DNA from: Octopus bimaculoides
Taxonomy: Eukaryota
Length of the DNA stretch: 64,000 bases
NCBI RefSeq assembly: GCF_001194135.2
Contig: NC_068999.1
Location: 24,455,946 to 24,519,945, forward strand
Reading direction: 5' to 3'
The position numbers were made by a program, and so were the translations under genes. Below the pieces are notes generated by a model. That model worked only from the letters and a program-made list of their open reading frames with translations. It ran no database searches and was not told the DNA's origin. Below are positions 25,725 to 38,281 of this stretch, one piece after another (within the stretch, counting starts at the first letter, position 1; each line of letters starts with the position of its first letter).

Positions 25725-26579
25725 CTGAATGAAGGAAATTAGTTGGGGATTCATGCAACGGAAAGTTTGTTGGCTGTTGCTGAGGATGAATATGAGTGGA
25801 TACTGTAGAAATAGCCTGTCTACTTGATGCTACGACTATGAAGGAGAAGTGGTGGTTAAGTGACCAGAGTAATGATCTATAGACAATAATTACTATGTGG
25901 TAATGTTTGGTTCATTTAGTCAAGGATCTAAGCACAGAGAATTGAAGAAAATTGTTAGCAATCTGTATTTGAAATTTTTTTAAAGAGAAATTTGTTTATA
26001 CGCCTGCACAGACATTTTGGACATTTTGTTCAACATTTTGAAGCATTGAGTAAAGATCTGTTTCTCTAACAAGCCTAGTTTGCATTTATTTGATCTACAT
26101 GTGTGTGTGTGTGTGAGTGCGCGTACTAATTATCTGCTAATACTAGTAACAATATGAAAGAATAAATATAAACAAGAGCTTCAATTCAACAATTCATGAG
26201 AATAATCTTTTCATGAAAACAATCTTCACTAACAATACTATTATTTTCCATTCACTATTGGTTTTAAAATGCAAAAGTATATTAATGTTATAATTGTTTA
26301 TAATTGTTTCCTAATTTAACAGATATTTTAAGAATAGGAGATATTAGAAGTCATTATATGCAGGCTTTCCTGACATTAGGTTCCTAGGAGGTTCTAATCT
26401 TCGTTCATTTTGCTGTTAATTTTAAACTAACAGTCCATTACTGCTAAATATTGTGTATATATCTTCACTGTTAATTTATTTTCTAAATTTTCATAGCTCC
26501 CTTTTTTTTATTGAAAAATAAGAGTAAAATTTTATGAATTTACCTCATTATTTTGGAAGAAATTTATTTTAAAATTTAC

Positions 26580-26663
26580 CTGAAAAAAGGATATTCCTAG
26601 AATGACTCCGCCAATTAATCCAAGATTGCCATTCATGAAATCAACCACTTTCCGATAGCAACC
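26580..26663 (-). CDS. TSPAN7: Tetraspanin exon 6: GCYRKVVDFMNGNLGLIGGVILGISFFQ (GC motif, start of TM4)
   Basis: cttttaatag| acceptor, CAG|gtaaat donor, 84 nt; completes a six-cysteine large loop. Confidence 0.94.
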
Positions 26664-27038
26664 CTATTAAAAGTGAAGGGGAAAAAAATCATAATTATTA
26701 TAATTAATACAAACATAGAGTTGTCAAGATGCAAATATTTTGCAAAATTGATACATGGCTCCAGTTAGTTTTGACATGGGGTTGGAGGATTGGACAAGAT
26801 GCTATCACAAACACACAGGTTTAGTACTTTGATTTGGGTTAATTTAATTATGGTAAAATTCCATCTTCGTATTGACCTTCCTGTCCCCTAATGTAATTCT
26901 GGAAACATGTAGTCTCCATTTTTTCTCTTTTTGTGACAGAAAAGTTGGGACAGATTTGGTATCAATAATAATAATAAACAATACTAAACTTGTTGCTAAA
27001 TTATTTTAAAATACTGAAAAGGAAAAAGTTGCAGATAC

Positions 27039-27191
27039 CTGCTGAAATATGTCACTTGAGTTATCATGTGGAATCCGATTATCACATTTATCATGGTTAC
27101 GACAGCAGCTTTTTGGCACGGTATCAGGGTTTGCGTGGCTCCATTTTGTTTTTAGCCAGTCCTCATAGCTATTAATACCACAGCAGTCCAG
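27039..27191 (-). CDS. TSPAN7: Tetraspanin exon 5: LDCCGINSYEDWLKTKWSHANPDTVPKSCCRNHDKCDNRIPHDNSSDIFQQ
   Basis: cttctctttag| acceptor, CAG|gtatct donor, 153 nt; CCG and PxSCC signature motifs; N-glycosylation sequon NSS. Confidence 0.95.
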
Positions 27192-27323
27192 CTAAAGAGA
27201 AGCAAAAAATAAACAGGCCTCAAGTTAACGATTTTAATGAAGTAGTAAAACAGACAACAAAACTGAAAATTACTTTATTTTTTAAAAATATTTTTATATT
27301 AGTTTAGATTATACATATATATA

Positions 27324-27372
<49 letters not shown>

Positions 27373-28000
27373 GAGCCAGTCATCACCAAAGAACGAATAT
27401 GGCTTCGTAACATGTACCATGTTTTTGCTAATTGTTTTAGGTGATTATGTAGTCGTGCACTGACAGACATCCTCTCATCTGTTCCATCCTTTGACTCATC
27501 AACACATACAGAATGAGATAGCCAGAGGGAGGGAGAGAGGGGGGGAGAGAGAGAAATGTATTACCACATGGCTGGTATTTATTTTCAGCTGAGTAAGCTG
27601 GAGCAACATGAAAGAAGTGTTTTGCTTACGGATACAATGCAGCACCTGGCCAAAGAATTGAACCCACAACATTATGATTGTGAGCCAAACACCCTAACCA
27701 CTAGGCCATGTTTCCTGTCTTCATTTTACATGTAATTTCCTATGTAGGCATGGGTTTGATGAGTTGACACTCTGAATCAATTCTTATTCAGAGTTCCTGC
27801 AAGTGTGCATGCATGTAGATGTATAAGTAATCTTATAGACTCCAGGGATTACTTCAAACCTGGTACTTATTTTTACCAATCTATATTTATTGAAAGGTTA
27901 ACTTACTTTTGACACAACACCGACTCTCACATCGATAAGCATAAATGCAGACACACATACACATATGCATGTGCATTTGTGTGTCTTCCTTTACCTTTAC

Positions 28001-28121
28001 GGATCTTTCTGATTTGGCGGGCGCGACTTGTTTTCTGAACGAAACACTTTCAAACTTGGGGCACTGGTAGAATGTCTCATATAAAACGTTTTTCACTCTT
28101 CCCGCCAAATCAGAAAGATCC
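28001..28121. mobile_element. 121-bp MITE of the same family as 23298-24084
   Basis: 21-bp TIR GGATCTTTCTGATTTGGCGGG / CCCGCCAAATCAGAAAGATCC; internal gaaacactttcaaacttggg..ggtagaatg shared with the larger element; no target duplication seen. Confidence 0.7.
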
Positions 28122-28244
28122 AATAAATAAAAATTTTTTATAGAAATTAACGAACAAAACCAGCTGATCTGGATGAGAGTTCTAAGAGTCAAAGTCCCAG
28201 TTCTGAGATTCAAAATAAAAGTGCATTCAATGTATCTCAGCTCC

Positions 28245-28363
28245 AAAGATTTGGCTGCTATTTCTATTACACCCTGCTACCACGTGACAGTTATTTGTGA
28301 TATAGGACCCGAAATACCTGTTATGTATTAGCAGGGTGTGCAAGAAATAGCAGCCAAATCTTT
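28245..28363. mobile_element. Short MITE
   Basis: 21-bp TIR aaagatttggctgctatttct / agaaatagcagccaaatcttt plus an inner acaccctgcta / tagcagggtgt pair. Confidence 0.7.
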
Positions 28364-28660
28364 CCTTTTCCGGGGAAAGGAGCCATTTATGTGTGATTTC
28401 GATGTCACATTCGTTGAAAGCATGCGAAATAACCCGGAAAAGAAAAAAACCCCNNNNNNNNNNNNNNNNNNNNNNNNNNNNNNNNNNNNNNNNNNNNNNN
28501 NNNNNNNNNNNNNNNNNNNNNNNNNNNNNNNNNNNNNNNNNNNNNNNNNNNNNNNNNNNNNNNNNNNNNNNNNNNNNNNNNNNNNNNNNNNNNNNNNNNN
28601 NNNNNNNNNNNNNNNNNNNNNNNNNNNNNNNNNNNNNNNNNNNNNNNNNNNNNNNTAGTA

Positions 28661-28826
28661 AGGTGTTTATAAGCCATTTAAAAACACACAAAAACCATTA
28701 GATTCACTTCAACATTTAAATTGACATTTTCATCACTTTGAAACCATGACCTGTTTACTGACAAAATTCCCTGAGTGAATAGGTCGCGACTTCAAAGCGA
28801 GAAAAATATTTTGACAAAGTAAATTT
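28661..28826. mobile_element. Palindromic MITE, copy A (intron 4)
   Basis: Same sequence family as 29575-29771; self-complementary around the gacaaaattcc loop. Confidence 0.7.
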
Positions 28827-28918
28827 AGATGACAAATTAAATCCTTGAAGTAGATCAGCTGGGATGGGAAGAAAGGAATGCCTACCTGCCTGTCTATGTG
28901 TGTGTGTGTGTGTGCGTG

Positions 28919-28964
<46 letters not shown>

Positions 28965-29396
28965 AATTTGTAATTTATTATGGCAAGTAATGGTACAATA
29001 ACTCTGAAATTAGAGCACAAACAACATTGTTGTGAAATCAAATATTAATTACTGTTTTTGTTTTATAAAGCTGGATAAGACATTTTCGTTTCTACTGACT
29101 ATATTTTTCTTATACTTAAATGTTCACTGGAAGACCATCTGTAAAACTACTAGCACTAACATCAAATTGCTCAAATGTTAAAAGGCCAAGCAATGAAGAA
29201 AAAAATAAAGACCTCCCCACAAAAATATACAACCTTAAAAAATAATAATTCAGTTAGCAATGATTAGATGAGACACCCAGTATTGTGATGTATAATTGTG
29301 CATATATGATGTGGTAACAGAGAACATATTTCAGGAACTCATCAAACTCCAACAATTATAAATGAAATCAAAAAAAAAAAAATTCCGAATACTCAC

Positions 29397-29498
29397 AGTC
29401 TTCTGCAAACCATCAATTGCGTTACTGCTGGGAGCATAGTTCTTGTCCTCATAGTGATCTAAAGCAGTACGTAAACCAATTTGGAATCCCTTTTCAAG
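29397..29498 (-). CDS. TSPAN7: Tetraspanin exon 4: LEKGFQIGLRTALDHYEDKNYAPSSNAIDGLQKT (large extracellular loop helices A/B)
   Basis: ttattctcag| acceptor, |gtgagt donor, 102 nt open; ends in the D.LQ motif expected just before CCG. Confidence 0.92.
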
Positions 29499-29532
29499 CT
29501 GAGAATAAATTATGTAAAAATAAGGATGTAAG

Positions 29533-29564
<32 letters not shown>

Positions 29565-29574
29565 NNNNNNNNNN

Positions 29575-29771
29575 TAGATTCACTTCAACATTTAAATTCA
29601 ATTTATCAAAATATTTTCATCACTTTGAAACCACGACCTGTTCACTGACAAAATTCCATGAGTGAACAGGTCGCGGCTTCAAAGTGACAAAAATATTTTG
29701 ACAAATTAAATTTAAATGTTGAAGTGAATCTAATGGTTTTTGTGTGTTTTTAAATGGCTTACAAACACCTT
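29575..29771. mobile_element. Palindromic MITE, copy B (intron 3, 76 nt from exon 4)
   Basis: tagattcacttcaacatttaaatt..acctgttcact mirrored by agtgaacaggt..aatttaaatgttgaagtgaatcta. Confidence 0.75.
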
Positions 29772-29901
29772 CCATGTTGCAATTGTTTTTGTTTCAGCAC
29801 ACGATCTCAGATCAAGTCACTTGCTATGCAAGTACATCTTTGTAATATGTATGTATATATTTTTATATAATATAAAATCATGATGTGCAAATATATGTAC
29901 A

Positions 29902-30727
29902 CCAGCTGTCGTACCCGGTAAATCCCGGGAAAGTGGGGCTTATCCCTTGGTTCTGTTCTCATAATTGTTTTGATAATCCAATAACAACAATACAAAGTAT
30001 GTAGCCCTTAAAATGGTTTTTGTGCATTTATAGAGAATACTGAACTGCCTTACACAAGATCTTGTTTTTAGGAATTCCCAATAAGTTATGAATACCCAAA
30101 TTATGAAGTCAGTTATGTAATAACATGAAATTAGTTACCCAATAGTAAGAATTCAAATAAAGTAGCCCCGAAAAGGGCTTTAATGCATTCCCAGAGTATA
30201 TAGAACTTAGGAAGAAATACTAGTAAGGTATGTATACTAAAATCATTAAGCATGTTACGTAATAACAGGCTAATCAGATATGACATGATAACAATTCAAA
30301 GTAAATAATTCTGAAAAGGGCTTTTGTGCGTTCCCAGAGAATATTACCCTCAGCGGCGCTAGTGTTGGTATATTCGTGAATAAATCACTAACCGAAATAA
30401 GTGGATCTATTGTTTAAGGGTTGTACTGGATAAATTGTGAAAATAACTCTAACAGTTCAAATAGTAAGAAATAAGCATACTCATTTTGATTTATACCAAA
30501 TAATTTAGGAAAATGAATGGGTTATTTCCCTTGGCTATATATATAAGGATCTCTTCCAGGGGCCCTATTATAGACTTTTTCAACAATCTGAGTATACCAC
30601 AAGGTTTCCAGATATGAGTTCTACTCACATGTCAAGTTTCATCAAAATTGATAAAACAATGTAGGAGGAGTTAGCTAACAACTCCACAAATACACCCACA
30701 AACAGAATTTCCCACATATGTAGTAGA
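29902..30727 (-). mobile_element. Non-autonomous Helitron with both termini
   Basis: Minus strand A|TCTACTACATATG ... CCCGG-gattta-CCGGG hairpin ... tacgacagCTGG|T; no TIRs or target duplication. Confidence 0.7.
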
Positions 30728-31964
30728 TAAGTGTGTTTGTGTGTGTGTGTGTGTGTGGTTTTGTTGGTTTTAGATTTTCTGAATAAAATACAATAGAAAA
30801 TTCACATTTATATACAGAGATTTCTAAAAATATAAACTTCTATTGACATTTGTGAATCCGCTAAGAATGGAATTCTAATAAAATTTGGCTTCCGTATATA
30901 ACGGCATATGCTTGTTTTGAAAAAGTTTGTTTGGCATAGAGTGTCACAACAAAATGTAACAGAAAATGTAACAAAGAAACTCAAAATTGCAATCTTTTGT
31001 TTTCATTTCAGCTCTGACAAGTTTCTTGGATTAGGCTTAAAAACAGTAACTTAAATACAATAATATATTCAGATGAATTTAAGTAATTTAAGAATTATGA
31101 ATTATTTAAGCAAAGCAATATTCCAAGATTTTGATTAAGAGTGCAAAGTTTTCAACTGAATTGGTCAAAGATATTTATTGTTTAATTGGCAAAGGTTACA
31201 AAACGATTCAACAGCCAAAAGTTTTGTGTACGGTATATTGTAACTTCTGACAATTAAATAAAAAATACAATAATGTTAGGGAGTTGTTTAGCTTAATGGT
31301 ACAGAAAGCTCAGTCAGAGTTTGAGAGGTACAGAGTTTCATACTCTGTAGTGGCTTGCTGGTCACTTTTTAATGGTGGTGCCCCAGCATGGCTGCAGCTC
31401 TCAAGCTGAAACTAGTAAAGGAATATAGGGACACTCATACATTGAGATGTTGTATTTTCATGTTTGTAAACACCAGATATATATATATATTTACTTAATG
31501 TCCCAAAGAGATAAGCAAGCAAAATGCTATGATTACAACCATATTCAACGTTTCCCTTTTTCTTCTCACTGCTCTTCTTTATTTATTCTGATGAAGCTCC
31601 ATGTTTCAGATCGGTTTTATTACCAAATATGATAAATATTTTTTAGCATATCAATACCATACAACATTGAATACAGAAACAGCTGTTAGATGGGATGCAG
31701 TCTATTTGTATGGAATTAATAAATAATATTTGATGTAAGTCAGTTGTTGTTCATTGATATTTCTCCATTTTATGTCTTCTTTAAATTTTGATTCTTGATG
31801 AACATGTTTATCCTTGTTGTTACCTATAATTTATGAGCATAATATGCTTGCATGTGTATGCCCATGGTTAAACAGGTAATATACTAGTAGTGTAATGGAT
31901 ACTTCTATCCCTTAGATGATTATTTTAACCTCTAACTCAGTTAACCTTATATAAACATATATAA

Positions 31965-32700
31965 AAATTTTATAATTAATAATTATAACTGAGGGCACAC
32001 GAGGCATCAGTGCTGCCGTAAATAACAGTAAAAAAATACTCTAGTAAACTACCATTTCACTGAAGGCACAACAGGCTGGCAAAAATTGAGGGACGAATAG
32101 TGGTTTAGTAGAGTATTTTTCGACTCTTATCTACAGCAATGCTGGTGTGCCTCATGTACCCTAAATTATAATCATTAATTATAAAATTTATGGATCTGCC
32201 TTTATTGGTTTTAATGCTTGCTGGCCACTTATATTATTATTGTTATTTATTAATAATGTTATCTATATTTATTCATGTAAAATTATACACTGACATCATT
32301 TGAAATATTGGCACTCATCTGTCAATGATTAACAGGCATGGTGAAGTGAGTGAAGGTTTTAGCCTTAGGTAAGCAGTAAGACCTGCTGATGAGAAATAAG
32401 AGCTAAAGGCTCAAAGTTCAAAATCATATGATACAGGGATATCTCTTGCCTCATTTGTGACTATCAGCCGCAATGGCAAGTTAATTTCTTTACTTGTCCC
32501 TCAGTTTTGGCCAGCTTGTTGTACCTTCAGTGAAATGGTGGTTTATTAGAGTATCTTTTTACTCTTATTTACAGCAACGTTAGTGCCTCGTGTACTCTCA
32601 ATTATAATTATTAATTATAAAATTTATGGATTTGCTCTTTATTGGATTTAATACTTGCTGACTACTTATATTATTGTTATTATTTATTATTTAATGATAA
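31965..32700. repeat. Element with approx. 130-bp inverted arms plus an internal direct duplication
   Basis: 31965-32095 is the reverse complement of 32496-32625; 32100-32260 is a diverged direct copy of approx. 32535-32700. Confidence 0.65.
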
Positions 32701-33559
32701 TAATAATGATAATAATAATAATAATAATAATAAAAATAATATATAAAAGATTAAATTAAAATTTATTAAATTTTTATTCTGAAATTAGTTGAAAAACAGG
32801 TTTGAAATCTTAAATCAAACTGGATGCTGCAGAAATTGAAAACAATTTAATATGTTCAATTAATTAGTGAATAATATTAAAACATTTATGTAAATATATA
32901 AAAAAAAAAAATTACTGTGTTGTAAAACACAACGCTACACTATCTTGTAGTTATGTATAACATTATAGTAATTTTACAACATCAGACATCAAATGAGTTT
33001 GTACATTTTAGGCCAATTTCAGTTGGATCTTTAAATGAGCAAATAGGACTTGGATTATCTTCCAGGTAAGGAAGATATGGAAGTTGTCTCCCTTGTTAAT
33101 TACTCGTATATCATGAGAAGTAGTACTGTTGTATCTTGAAGGTACCTTGAGTCTAAGGTGACAATGGTTGCATTAATAAAATCCATTTATTCTCTGCACT
33201 ATGTAAGGACAAAGTGACAGGAATGTTTCTGTAAAAATACTTCTTGGCAGAATTATCAATGCACCAGACAAAGTGCTTTGTGGCACTTTTGGTTCTTTAC
33301 ACTCTGAGTTCAAATTCCAACAAGGTCAACTTTACTTTTCATCCTTTGAGATTGATGAATAAAGTACTAGTCAAGTACTGGGATCAATGTAATTGAATGA
33401 ATCCCTTTTCCTAAAACTGCTGACCTTGTGTCAAAATTTGAAACAATTATTTTACCTCAGTACCAGTTTTGGTAAAAGGATGTAATGATGTAATGTAATA
33501 CCTGAACATTATTGGTCTGTTATAGAGTGGGTGGTGCTCATGTTATTGGCATATAAGTA

Positions 33560-35250
33560 TTTAGCTATATTTTGTTAATGGTGTAAATAATCATATAGTG
33601 TCTAGTCTCAGTCGGAAGAGGAAGAAGCATGATAGATCTTTGGACCTTTCTAAAAGCATCATGAAAGGGTTATAGTATGTAGGTGTTGACTGCATGCAGG
33701 CAAAACAAGGTGGCAATTTGGCCTGAACTCTCGGATGGCTGGAATACCTTTTCAAAGAATCAGTTTAACTGAAGATATGAGAATGAGAAGAGACAATATA
33801 CTGGAATCAACAGGTAGCAGGAAAAAGAAACTGTTCTGATTTTTGTGATATTTTGATATGCTCTTCAAATATGGTCTTTTGGTAAATTTTGACACTAGGA
33901 AGTGGTCCTTGTGACATTTTCTCAAAAAGAGAAACTTGCTGTTACTGTAAAAAATTATTGTATCTTATTTGAATAAATCAGTGTAAAGCAGTGAAATTTC
34001 TAAGAACATAAATGATTCTTTAATTTGCAAAATCTGGTGAATCTTACAGTAGTTACTATACATCTTTGATCATTCCATTCCCTCCAAAATGGATGTTCCT
34101 GACATTCACCCAGCACCTTTCCATATTTTGGCATGAATAGTGTTTCTTAGAATTCTAGTGTATCTATCAAGTTTCCTCAATATCTCGTTGACCCTTATCA
34201 AGGTTATATTTTAAATTATGGTGAATCTAAATGGAAGCTGGTGGCATATGTACCACCATCAGCAGCAAGCTCTTTGTGTCTGATAGTATATTTCAGTATC
34301 TACTGTGTACATCTTGGAGAGAAAAATAGCGAGCTCTACTAAATATTGGCAAGATGTTATTGCAGTGTTGGTATGTAATGCTGTAGTGTTTTATGGACTT
34401 GTTCAGTTTCTTTCAGTTTAAATAGGTATATTTTACTATGTGGTTTCATGACATATGCAACAGTAACCATATCATTGGATTACTTCACAGAGATTAGAAT
34501 TCTTTGTTGAGTCAATGAGACAAAGTTTTTTTTAGAAGCCTTGTTGCACTGCTAGAGGTGTCTATCTTTGTGATTGCATGAAAAGTGATGGAGTAGAAAC
34601 CTTTGAAACATTTGATGTCTATAAATATAAATCATGGTATTCTGAAAGAATCTTTGCTTGTGCAAGTACTACCTACAATTAATCAGAAACTATTTATTGT
34701 GATTTGTTTATCTGTACTATCAGTAAACAGCTTAAAGTGACTAAACCAGCATATGGCAAATTGGACGACCTAGGATTTCTGGACCAGCTGTTGCTGTCAT
34801 AGTTTTATTTGCAGCTTTACAAAAGATTGTGCTATGTTATGTTCTTCTCACAAAGTTTAAGTGAAATTCAATATCTTAAGTCAACAGTGTTGCTGTCTAC
34901 TGTTTGTTAATCATTTGAGCATTTGTGGGATGATTTTTAGTAGATGTAATCTATGACTAACAAATCTTCCCCATCTTTTGTCTTTTCATACAGCAAAGAA
35001 ATGCTGAGCCTTTGGTGGGCAGACTTAGGGAATGCTGATGTGAAAGAATTTACACAGTATGCATATTTTTTTGTTGGCATATAAGTTGTTGCTGATAGTT
35101 TTGTGTTTGATATTGTTGTTGTATCTGAATGACATTGACTATTACCAATCTATTTGAGTCATCAGTCTGTTGGCATACAGCTTTTTGAGACTGTGATATC
35201 TAGCATGTGACAGTTATAATTTAGTTCCATGTATAAGCATGCTGATATTT
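33560..35250 (-). mobile_element. Heavily decayed CR1/Jockey-like LINE remnant
   Basis: Scattered motif remnants (TAGPE.LG, AADGGTYATSF resembling FADDxT) among many stops. Confidence 0.35.
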
Positions 35251-36809
35251 CCATTTCTGTCTGTGTTGTCTCAGGTGCAGTTGTGTATGCATGTGTATGT
35301 CCTTGTGATTATTAGGATTGTAATTGCCATTGAACTGTGTGGCCACAATGACAGAATATGGTGGATCAAGAAATAATCCTGTAAATGGGGACATATCAAA
35401 TATGGAGCTTCTAATAACTAAAAGAATATTCTTTGCAGTGCACAGTTTCTCAAACATATGCTCACTAATATTATTCCACTTAGCTTACAATCTATCTATC
35501 TTTCTATTTGATTCTTCATGTTCAAGCTGCTCTAGGGTTATGGTTAACTTCTGGTACCATCTTAAGACATTCAAAATAACAAAACACTAAGAGAACAAAC
35601 ACTTAGATTTTATTTATTCCAGTTGCTTGCAGTTGATGCATCTAGAGCAAGTCTACATTATCATTATTATGTAAAACTTCTAAGGCAGAAAACCAGCAGA
35701 ACAATTAGCAAATTGGACAAAATGTTTTATGACATTTCTTCCAGCACTTTTGTTGTTATATCATTATTCTGAATTTTGTTGAGTACTTTTTAAAGTGTTT
35801 GAGTTGGTGTTAATTTTATCAGAAGAGGAGCTCTATGATCTTTGCAAAGACTGGTTGATCCTTAATTTTGAGTTCAAATTTCACCTAGGTTGACTTTGCC
35901 TTTAATCCTTTTGGTGTCGGTAAAATAAGTACTAGTCAAGCACTGGGGTTGATGTAATCAAATTGGTTCCTTCCTCTAAAATTGCTGGCCTTGTGCCAAA
36001 ATTAGAAAAATTTATGTACAACTTTCATCCTTGTAGTGTTGATAAAATAAAGAATCAGATAAGTTCTGGGTTCGATTTATCGACTTACCCTACCACTAAA
36101 TTTCAGGCCTGTCTAACTTAGAAATTATTATTGAGCACGTGTAACAAGTTTATTTAACAGGAGTTGTGCAACATTTTATTTCCTTTCGGAACACATCTTA
36201 TTACAACAGATGTGTGTGTGTGTTTGTGTGTATGTGTAAATATTTCTGCCCGTGTGTTTATTCCCACACATCTCCCTCTCCTACATCTTCCACTCTCCTC
36301 TCTTAGTTCACCTTTTGCTCTCACTTCTTCTGCCCCCATTTCCACCACCTCCACCCAGCCCACATCTATCTACTCCCCATCCAACCCTTACTCACAGTGA
36401 GCTAAATCAGAAGTTCTTAAAAATGTTTTCCCTATGGACTCCTTTGATTCCTATTTTATACTCAGGTGGACCTTCAATGCCATTCAATTTTCAAAAAATC
36501 CTTTTATATATTTTTAGAATTAAATATTATTAGGAATTGTATAAGAAAATTTCTAAAATATTTTGTGTATTATAGAAGCATGATCAATTTATTGTATATA
36601 CATTTTAACAAAAGAATCTTATATGGGCTCCCAAGGCCATATAGACCCTAGTTGAGAATTACTGAGGTATACGATGGACTGTGAAGAAATTTATATTTTA
36701 CTAAGACATTCTGTAACATAATAAATAAAACCATAAAAAAGAAACTATCTATATTGAGTGAGACTTAGGTTATGAACATTACAAAAAAGAACAAGATTAG
36801 CAAATTTAC

Positions 36810-36884
36810 CTTATTCTTGAAGATAAAGCCTGCAATTCCAGTACTGAGTTCAACCACGAAGACAACCACCAAAAATCCAGCATA
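36810..36884 (-). CDS. TSPAN7: Tetraspanin exon 3: YAGFLVVVFVVELSTGIAGFIFKNK (TM3)
   Basis: aattttcag| acceptor, AAG|gtaaat donor, 75 nt; carries the conserved TM3 glutamate (VELxxGI). Confidence 0.93.
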
Positions 36885-37074
36885 CTGAAAATTGAGTCAA
36901 AGTAACAAATAATATTCATTAAAAAACCCAGTTGTAATTGATGTAAGGTAGCTTTAACTGTTTAAGTCAGGCATATAACTAAACAAAAAGTAATAACTAA
37001 AATACCAGCACAATATGGGTTATGAACATAAACATATATAACATGGGTTATATATATATATATATATATATATA

Positions 37075-37530
37075 TACAAATGTGTCCCGGAGAGAAAGGC
37101 CACTGTACACAAGAACAAAATCCCCAGGGAGAGGAAAATTCTTATGAGACAGCATCCAAAAATTTCAAATCGTCTAAACAAATAAGTTGAAAGCAGTGAA
37201 AAGTCCCGCCTGAAAATACAACTGCTGGAGATTGAAAAAAATCTGCAACTCTCCCATGAAAAAGAAAGAGCAGACAAAGGAGCCTGGGCTATAGACAATA
37301 TAAAATCTAACCCCAGAGCTTTCTACAAGTTTGCCAAAGAAACAGCCTCAGTGCAATGCAGAGCAGGGCCACTCTACCAAAAAGATGGTTCACTCACAGG
37401 AAACCCAATGAGGACAAGTGAAATACTAACTGAGCAATTCAAAAGTGTTTGCACTCCACCCCTAGGGCACTTTCAAGTCAGCAATCCAGCTGACTTTTTT
37501 TACCGCTGCAAATATAAAAACAGAGGCAGT
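37075..37530 (+). mobile_element. CR1-like LINE ORF2 fragment (between endonuclease and RT)
   Basis: IKSNPRAFYKFAK..GPLYQKDGSLT..EILTEQFKSVCTPP. Confidence 0.7.
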
Positions 37531-37542
37531 GATGATTGATTA

Positions 37543-37683
37543 CATCAATGATAGTTGTTGTGGTTCATTATGTCTAGAAAGGGAGGGAAATCCAATTAAA
37601 TCCAGTTAAAATGGATCTGACTGGATTTAATTGGATTTCTCTCCCTTTCTAGACATAATGAACCACAACAACTATCATTGATG
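37543..37683. repeat. Near-perfect inverted duplication: 64-bp arms, 13-nt spacer
   Basis: 37543-37606 versus 37620-37683, 63/64 complementary. Confidence 0.9.
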
Positions 37684-38037
37684 AGGACCCTTCTTCCACT
37701 GTTACTTATGTTTAACCTCTCTCTCTCCAACAATGGAATACTCAGCATACGGAATCTTTGCTCAACACGATGTTCCAACAGCTGAGATTTCCTAGAAACA
37801 CTTGTCAGAGACTATCTAAACCTTTCGTTATATAGCTAAATTAAATGTCCTTATCAAGTCTTGCCAAACTATTTGTCTTTTCTTTTCTACTTTAACCTAT
37901 ATCTACCATTTACACACACACAAACTTATTCCATCAGCTTCTTTTTGCCAAACTGCTAGGTTATGGGAACATAAACACACTACCACCAGTTTTCAGGTGA
38001 TGGTGAGGGATGAATGCAGACACACACATAAACCCAT

Positions 38038-38079
<42 letters not shown>

Positions 38080-38089
38080 NNNNNNNNNN

Positions 38090-38127
<38 letters not shown>

Positions 38128-38281
38128 ACACAATGGGCTTCTTTCAGTTTCTGTCTACTAAATCCACTTACATGGTTGAAAGCACCTATCAATATACATG
38201 AAATGTTTACATTGTTAATTAGTATATTCACAACCAAAACATTTATCAATAAGATGTCTGGAATGCTGGTAGAATACTTAC

